From assembly GCA_963514005.1 (NCBI GenBank), contig OY740791.1, positions 39,866,001 through 39,930,000 on the forward strand: a stretch of 64,000 nucleotides of DNA, read 5' to 3'. The position numbers and the translations under genes were made by a program. Shown here one piece after another: positions 13,712 through 25,679 of this stretch. The notes beneath the pieces are model-generated. The model made no database searches. It saw only the letters and a program-made list of their open reading frames with translations, and was not told the origin of the DNA. Position 1 is the stretch's first letter. The number at the start of each line of letters is the position of its first letter. Origin of the DNA: Raja brachyura (lineage: Eukaryota).

Positions 13712-14410
13712 TTAGTCCCCATCTGACATGTAGGAGTTGTCTTAAGGCAAATTCATCAAAGTTCATGACTGGCATATTCCAGGAAGGAGGAGGGATAAGG
13801 ATAGCAAATTAAGGGAACCTTGGATGACCAAAAAATTGGATGATTGAGAAATTAAACCCACACATGTAGTAATTTGTATTTTCCCCAAAACACTGTGCAA
13901 ATTAGCACAGGGAAGATAAAAGCAGAGAATTAAATGTTTGACTCAAATATTGGTGCGGAAGAAATGGGTTTCAATTAGAGACATAGAAACATAGAAAATA
14001 GGTGCAGGAGGAGGCCATTCGGCCCTTCGAGCCAGCATCGCCATTCATTGCGATCATGGCTTTAGTCCCCATCTGACATGTAGGAGTTGTCTTAAGGCAA
14101 ATTCATCAAAGTGCATGACTGGCATATTCCAGGAAGGAGGAGGGATAAGGATAGCAAATTAAGGGAACCTTGGATGACCAAAAAATTGGATGATTGAGAA
14201 ATTAAACCCACACAGGTAGTAATTTGTATTTTCCCCAAAACACTGTGTAAATTAGCACAGGTAAGATAAAAGTAGAGAATTAAATGTTTGATTCAAATAT
14301 TGGTGCGGAGGAAATGGGTTTCAATTAGAGACATAGAAACATAGAAAATAGGTGCAGGAGGAGGCCATTCGGCCCTTCGAGCCAGCATCGCCATTCATTG
14401 CGATCATGGC
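13711..14410. repeat. 350-bp direct tandem duplication containing a CR1 3' end
   Basis: 13711-14060 is repeated at 14061-14410; both copies start tttagtccccatctgacatg and differ by only a few substitutions. Confidence 0.95.
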
Positions 14411-15001
14411 TGATCGTCCCCAATCAATAACCCGTGCCTGCCTTCTCCCCATATCCCTTGATTCCACTAGCCCCTAGAGCTCTATCTAACTCGCTCTTAA
14501 ATCCATCCAGCGATTTGGCCTCCACTGTGGCAGGGAGGTCAAATTCATGGGACAGTGGCGGCAGAGTTGCAGTGAAAGGAGAAATTGTTCCACTGGGGCA
14601 GGTTTTATTTGATCATGCTGAGACAATTTCCCAGGCTTCAAAATTGTAACTATGAGCAGTGTGTCCAAGGGTTTTGATGCAGATGAATGCACTGTTTTTC
14701 CATCTTCAAAATTCCATGGATTCAGGATAGTTCCCACAGATAGGAAAATGAATAACAGAAATTGACAAGAACAAACCAGTTGATCAAACATACTTGTAAT
14801 TTTAGGTTTTCAATAAATTGCCACAATTTAATTATTAAATAAAAATAAAATGCATATTATAAGAAAATGTATTTATATCAATACCGTTTTATAATTAATT
14901 TTTTCAGACATTTCAAAATGCGGCTTTACATTCCCTTCTGTGGAATTTAACCACTAAGTCAGTAAGCAATGGATAACTAGAAAAATTGAAAACTGATACT
15001 G

Positions 15002-15350
15002 TGTAGCGGCACCCGGTGGTTGGGCCACGAGCTACACGAACCCTAAGCAGTCGGGGGTTGGGTCACGTGACTGGGCAAGGGAGGAGTTGTCACGGGGTAC
15101 AGCGGTGTGTCCTAGTATGTATAACGAACCCCGGGTCAACCCTCTCTCTCTCTCACTGCGAGCTGACCAGCTCTCTTCCCTCTTCGGGTGAGTGGCCTGC
15201 CACCTCAGCAAGAGCTCAACTCAAGTCCACAAGACAACAGCCTCGCAGCAGCAACAATGACTTTTGTGTTAGAGGACCAACGTGTATGTATATCTACATA
15301 TAATGCCTGTATAAAGAAACCATTTATTCACGACGTTTGGTGCCGCTACA
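15002..15350. mobile_element. Solo LTR (349 bp)
   Basis: Termini tgtagcggcacc...ggtgccgctaca (TG..CA with 12-bp inverted repeat); 4-bp target duplication actg on both sides. Confidence 0.9.
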
Positions 15351-15458
15351 ACTGGGTCGTTGCTGAGAGACTGATTTATTGCAGCATCCATAACACCTGT
15401 TCGATGTTCTAGATATACTTTAGATTTTATGCAGTTTGAACCTTTGATATATGCTTAC

Positions 15459-15520
15459 TTGTTCAGAAGTACTGTTGATTCCATTCGTAGTTATCGTAGA
15501 CCTCAGAATTTCTCGGGTAC
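15459..15520 (-). CDS. Stalk exon of the TIM-family gene (GTREILRSTITTNGINSTSEQ)
   Basis: Acceptor tattctttttcctcag|GT and donor CAA|gtaagc; 62 bp, phase 1 to 0; Ser/Thr-rich with an NST sequon; bridges the mucin and TM exon phases. Confidence 0.72.
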
Positions 15521-16112
15521 CTGAGGAAAAAGAATACAATTCTGGCTGATATCACTGGCAAGGAATCAGCTATGTTGTCTAAAAACACGGCAAGGTATAG
15601 AAGGTCTTGGATCCAAAACATCACTATTTTCCAAGATTCATTCTAACAATAATTTTCCACATAAGGCAAAACTGACATTATTTCTGTGATTCCCTAAAGC
15701 AAATCTTGCTATTCTGACAAGAATCTCCAGCCCACGTGTCAATAAATGTTCCAAAATAGTAGGTGGTGCTGGGAGCCACAGGGGCACAATTTTCCTAGGA
15801 TAGCCATAGGTTGTGCCAACACATTGTAACCACTTATGGGTTAGTTTCTGGGTTTACATTTTCTGGCTGTTGTGTTATTAATTTACATTTACCCCTTCAG
15901 AGAATTGGATCTGGTATTCTGTTAACTCAAAGAGGTGCAACAGCTACTGAGGACATTTTATTTACTTCTAGTTTTCAGCACAAACCAGTTGTGCCAGATG
16001 TGGGAACACAGGTAGTCGCTTTCCCCATGGAATTCCCCGTGACCGGGAAGATGGGTCTTACTCACTCAGAGTAGGACATACTACTGGTAGAGGAGAGAGA
16101 GAAGGGGATTAG

Positions 16113-19100
16113 AATAGTAAGATTAAATGAGAACTTACCCATTTGAAGTTTGATCTTGATTTTATGAGGAGTTACGTTGGTGATTACGAGAAGAAGACCC
16201 GTCAGGCCGCATGCGTGTCAATCTTCAAAGCAGCGGTATGAAATCACAAATAACAATCACCGAAGTGACATAGTAAGATGCGTGACTCGAGAACTACCAG
16301 ATGATCTTTTATGAGAGAGGGTTGGGCGTGGCGGGCACGTAATCACCAATGGATCTCCTCATAAAATCAAGGTCAAACTTCAAACTGGTAAGTTCTCATT
16401 TAATCTTACTAATTTACTTCAGAGTCACGTGTGTGATTCCGTGAAGACTTCAAAGCTTTGTGATTTCATGCCGCAGATCAAAATCTCGGCGTCTCACTGC
16501 ATCGATTGACTCAGGATGAGTGAATAATCAAATGCATTAGCATGATATTGATTCAATATTAATGGTTTAAGTTAATAAAGAAATCAATAGCAACCCCTGT
16601 AACTCAGGGGAGGCTAAAGTGGACGCAAACAGAATGGGCAAAACCCCGGGTCAGTAACCGGCCTATCGAATAAAAAATTAAAAATCAATTTAGTTGACCA
16701 TCCTGCGGTCGCAAGGATATAGTCGATGGGCATGTCCATTGGCCTGGCTGCTGATGTTGATGCTAACCTGGTGGAATGAAATATACAATTGTAAGTGTTA
16801 ACACCTGTATAACCCAAAACCTGCTGCTGCCACTTTGAAATAGTCTGAACCGACCTTCCTTTGTGTAGTTGTTTGTTGATTAATAAACAATGCTGATTCC
16901 ATACTTCTTAGGATTCTGGTGGCCTTGATAACATAGACGTGAGACCGTGGGGTATCCGAAAATGATCTTAAATCATGCCACCCCTGGTCTACTCTGCTTG
17001 TGTGGACCAGAATGTAAAATGTAATGGCACCTGCAGCCAATTCCATCCTATCTAGCCACAGCGTTTGCAATGTTTGCCATCGTTGTGCTGATATTAGTGT
17101 CACTATAACTGAATTATTGTCAAATACCATTTAAAATTAACTGGAAAATGTCAGTAATCTGTACCGTATTAAATGTAACATTAACATTTAAACAAAAACA
17201 CTTTTGATCCCCTCAATAGGAATATACTGCTTTTTTGGGTACTATCCCTGCACACTGCAGTGAGCACCTTCATGGCTTGATGTGACAACCTGTGGCATAA
17301 GTCAATCCATTCAAAATGTGTAAATCAATAATTGTTTTATTGTGCAAACGCCAGTTTCCTGAACCACAGTTTGAACCAGCAAGTTCTTGTTTTTTTGAAT
17401 AACCGTATACCATTGTGCCATAATGCCTGATGAAGCAGGCTACATGGAAGCAAGCTTCGCCTGTCCGACAGTACGAACCCAAACAAGGTCATGCTGACTG
17501 TTTTAAGACATGGCTAATGAGGCAAAAATGAGGAAGACATAAAAGAACATTCCTCGTATTGAAGCGAGAATGTATTTTTCCGCACTGTTGTGCCACATAT
17601 TTTTGCAATCAGTGAAAAACATGTACCAACATGTCGACATTCGATCCAGTATTGAACCATACTTTCATAATACTTTGAGATCCAACACATATTCTGTGTT
17701 ATCATTGATCTGAACTGGATGATACACCAGTGTCAAAGGAGATTTAGGTAATTATTACAGGATACTTTTGCTTGATTACCATGTGACTAACATATGTCAC
17801 CATCGTAGAGCAGCAACTTGAATTTGAGCATGTAGAATATGTATATTCGCTTAATAGCCCCTTACCCACGGGGTGCATCTAGTGTATATATTTAGTTGAT
17901 ACCAACAATTGAAGAATTGGTAACTCATGCAATCTCCAATACCTCCAAGTAGAGATGGTATTCGGAACTTCTCATCTTAGAGTCCTTAGCATCAGTTTGT
18001 AATAAGTGAATTCGACCGACCACACTACTGTAGCGAGTTTCAAGTTCAAGTTCAAATGATTTACTTCATCATTGTGACTGAGGTAGCTTCAGCTGACAAT
18101 AGCATAGGGCTCTTAACAATGGTTTAATTGCTACTTACACAATATCAGTTCCTTGATTTGCTCGGCTGAACACATCTGATATATTGCCAATTACTCATGA
18201 TGAAAATAAAACTCAGTTTTATAACAGATTGCTATAACTCCAATCTCTTGCCACAGGGCGGAGTCAAGGCTAATAATAATTAAAGGTAAATCCCAATGAC
18301 CAAAGAACAGTTTATCCCATACCGCAAAGCTTTACTGTTATATTACAGTTATATTGTCTTTGATAACCTCTGTAATGGGATTTGCATAGCATGGATCTCT
18401 GACCCTTATGAATCTGTTGTTAGTCAGGAAAAATAAGTTTTCATATTCGGAAAGCTCATATGCCCGACACTCTCCATTCTTCATAATAACATGCCACTCC
18501 TGCCTTATTCCATGGGTGGTTTGCATGAGAACGTTTTCCCAATTTCCAAACCTTAATTTTTTTTTTAAATAATCCTGGCCATGTGTGTTGTACAAAACAA
18601 ATGTAAATATTACAACTTGTGAAGGGTGCATTACCCATATTTTGGAAGTGCTAGACCCATTTTGTTGAGTAGGATTGGTACGTTGCATGGAATTTCTGAG
18701 CTATCATGCTGCCCCCAGCTCCAGTGAACCGCTTACTGCCGATGAGCGCCTGGGGTGCATTCTGAAACGATGACTTTTGCCCGCCATTGGCCTAATTGAT
18801 TCGTCTGCCAGGCTTTCTTCCCCTGTTGAATAGGCCTACCTGAATAACAGATTCAGCGGCTGGCTCTCACAACCCCCTGTTGGCGCTGTTCACTGCCGGC
18901 ACATATGTGCTTTAGTGTGTTGACTTCTTTAGAGCCTGGAGTCAGTTATATCTTGACCTTTTGCTCTTCCCTCCTCAGAGAGGGTGATTCGTATGCAGCC
19001 GTAAACAGGCGCTGCCGCAGGCCGCAGGATACCAATACTGATAAGAACCCATTGGATTTAACTCAAATAGAATATTCTGTTGGGATGGCAACTATGTTGT

Positions 19101-20052
19101 CAGGAAAAAGGTACCTCTGACACTTGCCCTTCATCCCTTGGGGTATACCCCACAGCCATACCCTGAGACTCAGTGTCAGCAGGATACTGTCCCGTCTTGG
19201 TCTCTGCCTCCAAGAGGGAGACCTGTAGCAGCTTTGTAACTGGAGCAGCTGGTGCGGCCTGCGGAGGTGGACTACTGTCTCATCCTACCATCAGAGTCGA
19301 TGTCCGATCTAATCCTCATCTATGAAGGTACTATCACACAGCTCTCTACCAGATACTGCTGCCGCCTTTTTTGTACATGATGGTGCTGACACTCCTCTTG
19401 TTGCCGTGTGCCCTGCTGTAGCAATGTATGCAACTGTTGCTGTATTTGGGATAGTCGTTTCAAACGTACTATCCAGCCCCGGTGAGGAAATCATCTCCCA
19501 ACTCCGTGGGCATAGCAGATTATGTGTGAACTTGAGTAACCCTGTCTCAGGCATTGCTGGCGCCGCCTTCTGTAAAGGCCAGCGCTTTTTGACATGAAAC
19601 AGCCCTATACCAGGTTCTGCTAGCACGGTTCTCTCATATGCCAGTAATGTCACCAATGAAGCAGCCCTGTATCAGGCGCTGCTGGCACGGCTCTCCCGTA
19701 GGCCGGCACTTTCATACATGAAGCAGCACTGTCAGGCACTGCTGACGCGGCCTGTCCCATAGGCCCGCACTATTACAGTGTAAGCTCACTAAATCAACAT
19801 TTTTAGTGTACAGCTTTAAGCCCATAACCGGCACACTCGTCGGGCTGCAAAACTGGCAGGAAAACCTCTGTGAAGAGGGGCTCCTGCCTGAAAAAACCTG
19901 GTAAGTAAAAACAAACTTACCTTCTAGGTTTAACTTACTGCTGGTAGGAGCGCTGCCCTGCCAGTCTGATGCTTGCGCCAGTGCGGCTGACGTACTGACG
20001 CGCATGCGGCCTGACGGGTCTTCTTCACGGAATCACTCACGTGACTCCGAAG
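16113..20052 (-). mobile_element. Old, degenerate DIRS1-type retrotransposon
   Basis: Inverted termini (gaagaagacccgtcaggccgcatgcg near 16190 versus its complement near 20000-20027); ICR at about 16335-16448; recombinase remnants FHSTRLASTSAA...LATAGWS and LISAQRWQTLQ. Confidence 0.88.
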
Positions 20053-20542
20053 TAAAATAGTAAGATTAAACGAGAACTTACCAGTTTGAAGTTTGATCTT
20101 TATTTTATGAGGAGTTGTGATGAGGGATTTCGTGAAGAACCCGCCAGCACGCATGCGCGACATTCTTCAAAGCAGCGGTGTGGAATCACAGAACCTACAA
20201 CAAAGAAATGACTTGTTATAGTAAGATTGAAGAGACTCTATTTACCAGTTGACCTTATGATAGAGGGTTGGGAGCGGAGGGCACGAAATCCCTCATCGCA
20301 ACACCTCATAAAATAAAGATCAAACTTCAAACTGGTAAGTTCTCATTTAATCTTACTATTTCATTTCTGAGTCACGTGAGTGACTTCGTGAAGACTTCAA
20401 AGCTCTGTGATTTCATGCCCTGGACCACGTCCATGCTCTCACACACGCCACAATATGGATGGATAGGAGTATAATCATGTTTCAGACTGGATGTACTGAA
20501 AAAAAAAATAATGTTTATTAATTATAACAAAGAAAAAAACGC

Positions 20543-21622
20543 TCACTGGGGAATAGCTGTATGCTCTTGACCCGCATTCAGCATGGCCTCCGCGAACATA
20601 ACAGGAGCGGCAACAGGTTTGTTATAAAACCGCTGAAAAGTGGCTTCACTAGCCCATCCCACTGTGGCAAGAATATGGTCCATGGGCACCTCCACGACCC
20701 CTGCCGCCGACGTCGATGCAGCCCTGGTGGAATGGGATTTAAAGACATTAATGTCAATACCTGCTGCATCCAAGACGACCCTGAGCCATCTGGAGATCGT
20801 CTGAACCGACACTCTATGATGTGGTTTTTTGTGGCTAATCAGCAAATATTTCTCCATTCCCCTTAGAGTCCGCGTCACTTTAATATAGTGACGGATATGG
20901 GTGGCTATACATAGCCTCACATCAGCGGGGTATGCCGGAAACACCAGCTGCAGCCCTATAAACCCAGGTCTATGCTGCTTTAGTAACTCATCAATGTAAA
21001 AAGTTACTTTTTCTGGGGTAGAGACCATTCTGTCAATCTTGATTTTTTGTAGTGTCTGTACCCGTTGTGCTGAGGTAATTGCCAATAACATCACCAACTT
21101 CAAGGTGAGTTTGTCCAAAGCGAGTCCAGCCATGGGTGACCATGTCCTGAGCAGGGTTAAAACTATCCCAATGTCCCAGGTAACATTGTAACGAGGTCGG
21201 GGTGGATTTGAATTGAATATGCCTCGCATCAATTTGGACACTAGCTTATTAGATCCTACCTCAATAGTAAGGTAGCATGATAGCGCACTCCTGGCACTAT
21301 TAATGGCACTGTAGCTGAGGTGTTCATCATGGTACAACCCCGCAAGGAATTCCAGCACATCTGATATGGTGACGGAGTCATAGGCAATGTTCATGCGGCC
21401 GCAGTAGGCTTTCCATTTCCTTATTTGGGTCAGATATTGCCGTCTTGTAGACTTCCTGCATGATGCTCCAATTGTATCCATGGTCCTTGATGAGAGACCA
21501 TACTGCAGCAATGGTCTATTCAAAACCTGCAAGCCAATAATTTCAGATGACTGTGGCAGGGATGGTGTTCCCCTGTAACAGGGTTCGTCACCAACTGTGG
21601 GCAATTCTCCAAGAGAGCCCAT
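20543..21622 (-). CDS. DIRS tyrosine recombinase
   Basis: 359-aa ORF with catalytic motifs SAQR, HSTR, GW and FQRFY. Confidence 0.93.
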   Translation of the reverse strand: MGSLGELPTVGDEPCYRGTPSLPQSSEIIGLQVLNRPLLQYGLSSRTMDTIGASCRKSTRRQYLTQIRKWKAYCGRMNIAYDSVTISDVLEFLAGLYHDEHLSYSAINSARSALSCYLTIEVGSNKLVSKLMRGIFNSNPPRPRYNVTWDIGIVLTLLRTWSPMAGLALDKLTLKLVMLLAITSAQRVQTLQKIKIDRMVSTPEKVTFYIDELLKQHRPGFIGLQLVFPAYPADVRLCIATHIRHYIKVTRTLRGMEKYLLISHKKPHHRVSVQTISRWLRVVLDAAGIDINVFKSHSTRAASTSAAGVVEVPMDHILATVGWASEATFQRFYNKPVAAPVMFAEAMLNAGQEHTAIPQ

Positions 21623-23448
21623 GGTTCACTTATCATTCCAAGGACCACCGGATACCATGGTTGTGTAGGCCAGTCGGGTATGATAAGAATGCCTTTTGCA
21701 GAATCTGATTGGATTTTCCGCAATACCCGACTGATGAGGCAAAATGGAGGAAATGCATAGAAAAACCATTTCCCCCAGTCTAGCAAGAAAGCGTCCATTG
21801 CCATTGCCCCAGGATCTGGTTCCCATGATACATATGTTGGTACCTGATGGTTTAACCGTGACGTGAAAAGGTCAATATCCGGTTTACCAAATTTGGCTAC
21901 GATTTTGGTGAATATTTGGGGATTTAACATCCGTTCAATGTTGTCATTAAATATTTTTGACCTGGTGTCCGCCACTGTGTTGAGCTTACCTGGGAGATAG
22001 GTAGCTGATATCCAAATATTCTGTTGTATGCACCAGAGCCAAATTGTATTAGCCAATTCATCACATGAAATTGACCTGGTACCGCCCATATGATTTAAAT
22101 ATGCCACCACAGTGGTGTTGTCCATTTGGAGACGGACATGAATGTCAGTAAATTTTGAACAATAAGCTCTGAGTCCGTGGATTGCCCCAAGCATCTCCAA
22201 ATAATTTATCCCTTGTGATAACAAAAGGGTAGATTCAAGTGAGTCCCATCTGCCCCCACAACTAGAGTTGTTATCAGTAGCTCCCCAGCCATGGGAGCTT
22301 GCGTCAGTTTGTAAATACACCGACAGATGAGGCACAATGATGGGTTTGAATGAGTTACGGATGTTATCAATCCACCATTGTAACTCAATTTTTGCCCTGA
22401 ATGGCAGCTGCATGGGTCTATCAAAATGTCCAGCATTCAATTTTAATGCTGAAATCTTGGATCTTTGCAAATTTTGATAATATAAAGGTCCAAATTGTGC
22501 AGCTGGAAAAGCTGCTACCATTTTCTCAATTACCTTAGCAGCTTGTCTAATTGATGGTGTACTGGCGCAGACCAGATTATTACATGCTTCAATGATATCC
22601 CCAACTTTGTTAATTGGAATGGTGGTAATCATTCTATTGGAATCAATCGTAAACCCCAGATAGTCCATGACCTGTGAGGGACAGAACTTTGATTTATCTG
22701 GATGGATAATGAATCCCATTTTCTGAAACAATGAAACAGTGGCTGTAACTGCCAAATTTGTTGATTCCAAAGTATTTCCAATAATTAGGATATCATCCAA
22801 ATAAGCCATAACCGTATGGTTTTGCTTCCTCAGTGTTGCTAACACTGGCTTTAGTAATTTGGTAAACAATCTGGGAGCTGTGGTAAGCCCATTGGGCAAA
22901 GCTCTATATTGCCAAAGTTGATCCATCCAAATAAATTTTAAGAACTTCCTGTGATGTTTCTGAATGGATACCGAATAGTATGCATCTTTTAAATCAATGC
23001 ATGCCATGAAGCAGCCCTTAGAAACCAAAGATTTGGCTGTTTCAAACGTGTCCATTTTAAAATGGGTATATTTTACAAAAGTATTCAAATGGGTTAGATC
23101 TATGATAACCCGGCATCCACCATCTTTCTTAGTTTTTGAGAAGATGTTGGATACGAACTCAACTGGTTTGTGGATTGTCCTTTCTATCACCCCTTTTTCT
23201 TGTAATCTCAAGATTTCAGCATAGCCTTCTGCTACTTCCTTATTGGAAAACGCAAATTTGCGATTCGGCATGTGCTGAGGTGGGGGAAGTTGTCCATTTA
23301 TGAACTCAATCTCATAGCCTTGAATACTTTGTAAGATAAACTCATCTGAAGTGATGGTATCCCATGCCTCCTTTAAAAACCGTAATCTCCCTCCAACATG
23401 TGAGGTTAAACATGCAACTGCATGAAATCCAGACCGCCTTACCTCCAT
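21520..23448 (-). CDS. DIRS reverse transcriptase, RNase H and methyltransferase-like domain
   Basis: From accATGG at 23448: IDLKDAYY, LPNGLTTAPRLF, YLDD, TDASSHGWG, INYLE, DNTT, IDLF...YAFPPF; uninterrupted. Confidence 0.93.
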   Translation of the reverse strand: MEVRRSGFHAVACLTSHVGGRLRFLKEAWDTITSDEFILQSIQGYEIEFINGQLPPPQHMPNRKFAFSNKEVAEGYAEILRLQEKGVIERTIHKPVEFVSNIFSKTKKDGGCRVIIDLTHLNTFVKYTHFKMDTFETAKSLVSKGCFMACIDLKDAYYSVSIQKHHRKFLKFIWMDQLWQYRALPNGLTTAPRLFTKLLKPVLATLRKQNHTVMAYLDDILIIGNTLESTNLAVTATVSLFQKMGFIIHPDKSKFCPSQVMDYLGFTIDSNRMITTIPINKVGDIIEACNNLVCASTPSIRQAAKVIEKMVAAFPAAQFGPLYYQNLQRSKISALKLNAGHFDRPMQLPFRAKIELQWWIDNIRNSFKPIIVPHLSVYLQTDASSHGWGATDNNSSCGGRWDSLESTLLLSQGINYLEMLGAIHGLRAYCSKFTDIHVRLQMDNTTVVAYLNHMGGTRSISCDELANTIWLWCIQQNIWISATYLPGKLNTVADTRSKIFNDNIERMLNPQIFTKIVAKFGKPDIDLFTSRLNHQVPTYVSWEPDPGAMAMDAFLLDWGKWFFYAFPPFCLISRVLRKIQSDSAKGILIIPDWPTQPWYPVVLGMISEPWALLENCPQLVTNPVTGEHHPCHSHLKLLACRF

Positions 23449-25207
23449 GGTTACCGGCGGTCCCTGACATGTTTGGTGGGACGTGGAGGTGCTAGGTTTT
23501 GCAGGGGGTGCGGGTGCCGCATCTTCCAGTCGTTGCGGGCCTTGCCCTAAAAAAGGCCTCGGCTGATGGTATTGTTGGAATTGCGGAGGCGCCGGCATGT
23601 AGGTCCTTGCTGGTCTCTCGGGTTGACCCCGCGGTCTGGAGTATAGTAATCTCCTAGCCGCTTGTCTACTCGAGGGGTGTGACCTCATGAGTCCCACTGT
23701 TTTCGCATGGTCATCTAGATCTTTGACCTGCTTCGGTAGGTCTTCCCCGAACAATTGTCTAGGTGGTGGCGTCGGAGATGCTCTACATAGCCCCGCAAAC
23801 TTAGGATTTAATGTGGGCTTGATGGTAGATTTACGAAAAGCGTTTATTTCGTATTGTGTATTGCATAATAATGCAAGAGCATCTTCCTGTTCAGTGGTCA
23901 AATCCACACCATCCACTGATCTCGCAAATGCAGTGATCCCAGACGTGAGCAACTTCAGGATTCTTTGTAGCTTTATTTTCTGTGCTCTGATGCCCGGGCT
24001 TATATTACCCCAAATAGGTATATTCACTGTGGGCACATTAACCGAGTTACAATTGCTCGGCGCCTTGTACCTGTTCATAGCTTCAGCAAGGACCTGATCC
24101 TGTAACTGGTGGTTCGTCAGAAAATCAATGGTGGCAGCTAGCTTGGGTGTCAGAGGTTGACCCGAAGATTTGGGTAAAGCAAATTTGGTTGCCACATCCA
24201 ATAGCTCCTCCTGAGGAATCTCAGGTGCCACAGGTTCATGTACCAGTATACCCTCCTCTTCCCCTGGCTGCCTCAAACTTCCCATTGATGATGGGGATAT
24301 ATCCAATAAACCCCTGGAACTGGGAATTTCCTGCTGTTGATTCTGCTGCAGGATGCGTTCCATTATTCTTTCCATTCGTTCTATGCGACCTTCATCGTAT
24401 GTGAATGGGAGATCGGAGCCCTCATGCCCGAAGGAACTTCTGAGGCTCCTATCACTGGCCCGTACCTCGTCGAGGTAAGAATCTCGGTGCCGTGACATAA
24501 AGCCGCTGCCTGCCGCTTCTGCGGGGCTATGCGACTCCCGCGCGGATCTGCTGCTCGTTCGCCTCCAAGGCCATATGCGGTGTATTGTCGGCACCTGCCG
24601 CCGCAGCGTGGTGACTCGAAGTCCGCGCGGGCTTGCCGCCTGTCCTTCTCCTGGACACAGGCGACGTACAGTCACGTCCTGCCGCTAATGGGGGGTGCGG
24701 TGACCGTGGTGAGATGCCACCTGCACGACTTCTGCCGGATCTGCTGGGTGGTGAGTCAATACTGGCCCTCCCTGTCATGCCAGTAGACTCGGGTCTCGAA
24801 AAATCACCAGTCCGCAGTCTTGCCGCTTTTGGTGAGTATTCTGTCCTGGTAAGGCTTGGCTGTTGAGCAGCTCTATCCCTGGCTCTTCCTCGAGTAGCCG
24901 GAGAGAAGGGCCGTGCAGCAGCACGGGTAACCCGTTTGCTCATTTCAGCCAATGTCTCTCTTCCAGTGGGAGACAAAGAAATAGAGTCAGGGTCTACCTG
25001 CTCAGGCGCTGTCCCACTTTGCTGTTCTGCGGCCTCGCCGTCTGTACACAGCTGTGTCGGTGGGTCGGGTCCTGTAATCACAAGGCTGCCCGACTTTCGC
25101 GCCTTTTTCCCGGCCCGACTAGCGGGTGCTGCTGATGTAGAGAGCTCCGGGAATAGTGGTCGACGACTCCTTTCGGAAGTCCTGCGACCCATACTCCTCC
25201 TATCCAT
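23449..25207 (-). pseudogene. DIRS gag-like ORF1, apparently with two frameshifts
   Basis: ORF 24527-25222 plus the N-terminal part of ORF 21520-24675; an alternative frame ends WKMRHPHP...RDRR-TAA immediately before the RT ATG. Confidence 0.65.
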
Positions 25208-25679
25208 AGTCCCTGTGAACAAAAAAGATTCAATAACAGGAACAACCAGCTCAAGGTTGCCTTATACTTACCTGAGCGGTCCTTATGAAGGGCTGGTGGT
25301 GAGCCGCGCTCCACCTCCAGCCGTCGACTGCAAATGCGAGCGACGACATGTCGCGCATGCGTGCTGGCGGGTTCTTCATGAAGTCACTCACGTGACTCCG
25401 AAATGAAATCCATATCCGTGCAGGGCCAAACTCATTTCCATAAAGTTTTTTCACTGAAATCTGCCAACTAATCCAGGCATAACTACACATTCAACATGAA
25501 CAAGTCTACCTGTGGATGTAAAGTGATGAAAGCTTCATCCAGCTGAAGTTGGAAATAAGTTTGGTAATCACTGTTGCATTAAATAAATATTTCATTCCAT
25601 TTGTCAGAACCCACAAGGAAGATACAGTATGCAGCTATGCTGGACCAAATACGGACCAACCCCTGAATGAAATAGTTGT

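Larger units (their letters stand above)
20053..25403 (-). mobile_element. Near-intact DIRS1-type tyrosine-recombinase retrotransposon
   Basis: Inverted terminal repeats (gaagaacccgccagcacgcatgcgcgaca near 20134 versus its complement near 25346-25376); ICR 20283-20395 matching both outer ends; gag, RT-RH-MT and YR ORFs. Confidence 0.96.

Noticed and set aside
15459-15520. Alternative frame YPRNSEVYDNYEWNQQYF* as a tyrosine-motif tail exon
   Set aside because: The exon lies upstream of the TM exon, and only the Ser/Thr-rich frame fits both flanking phases.
21520-24675. 1051-aa ORF as a single gag-RT fusion protein
   Set aside because: An alternative gag frame ends with TAA just before a strong RT ATG, so the fusion is probably a frameshift in this copy.
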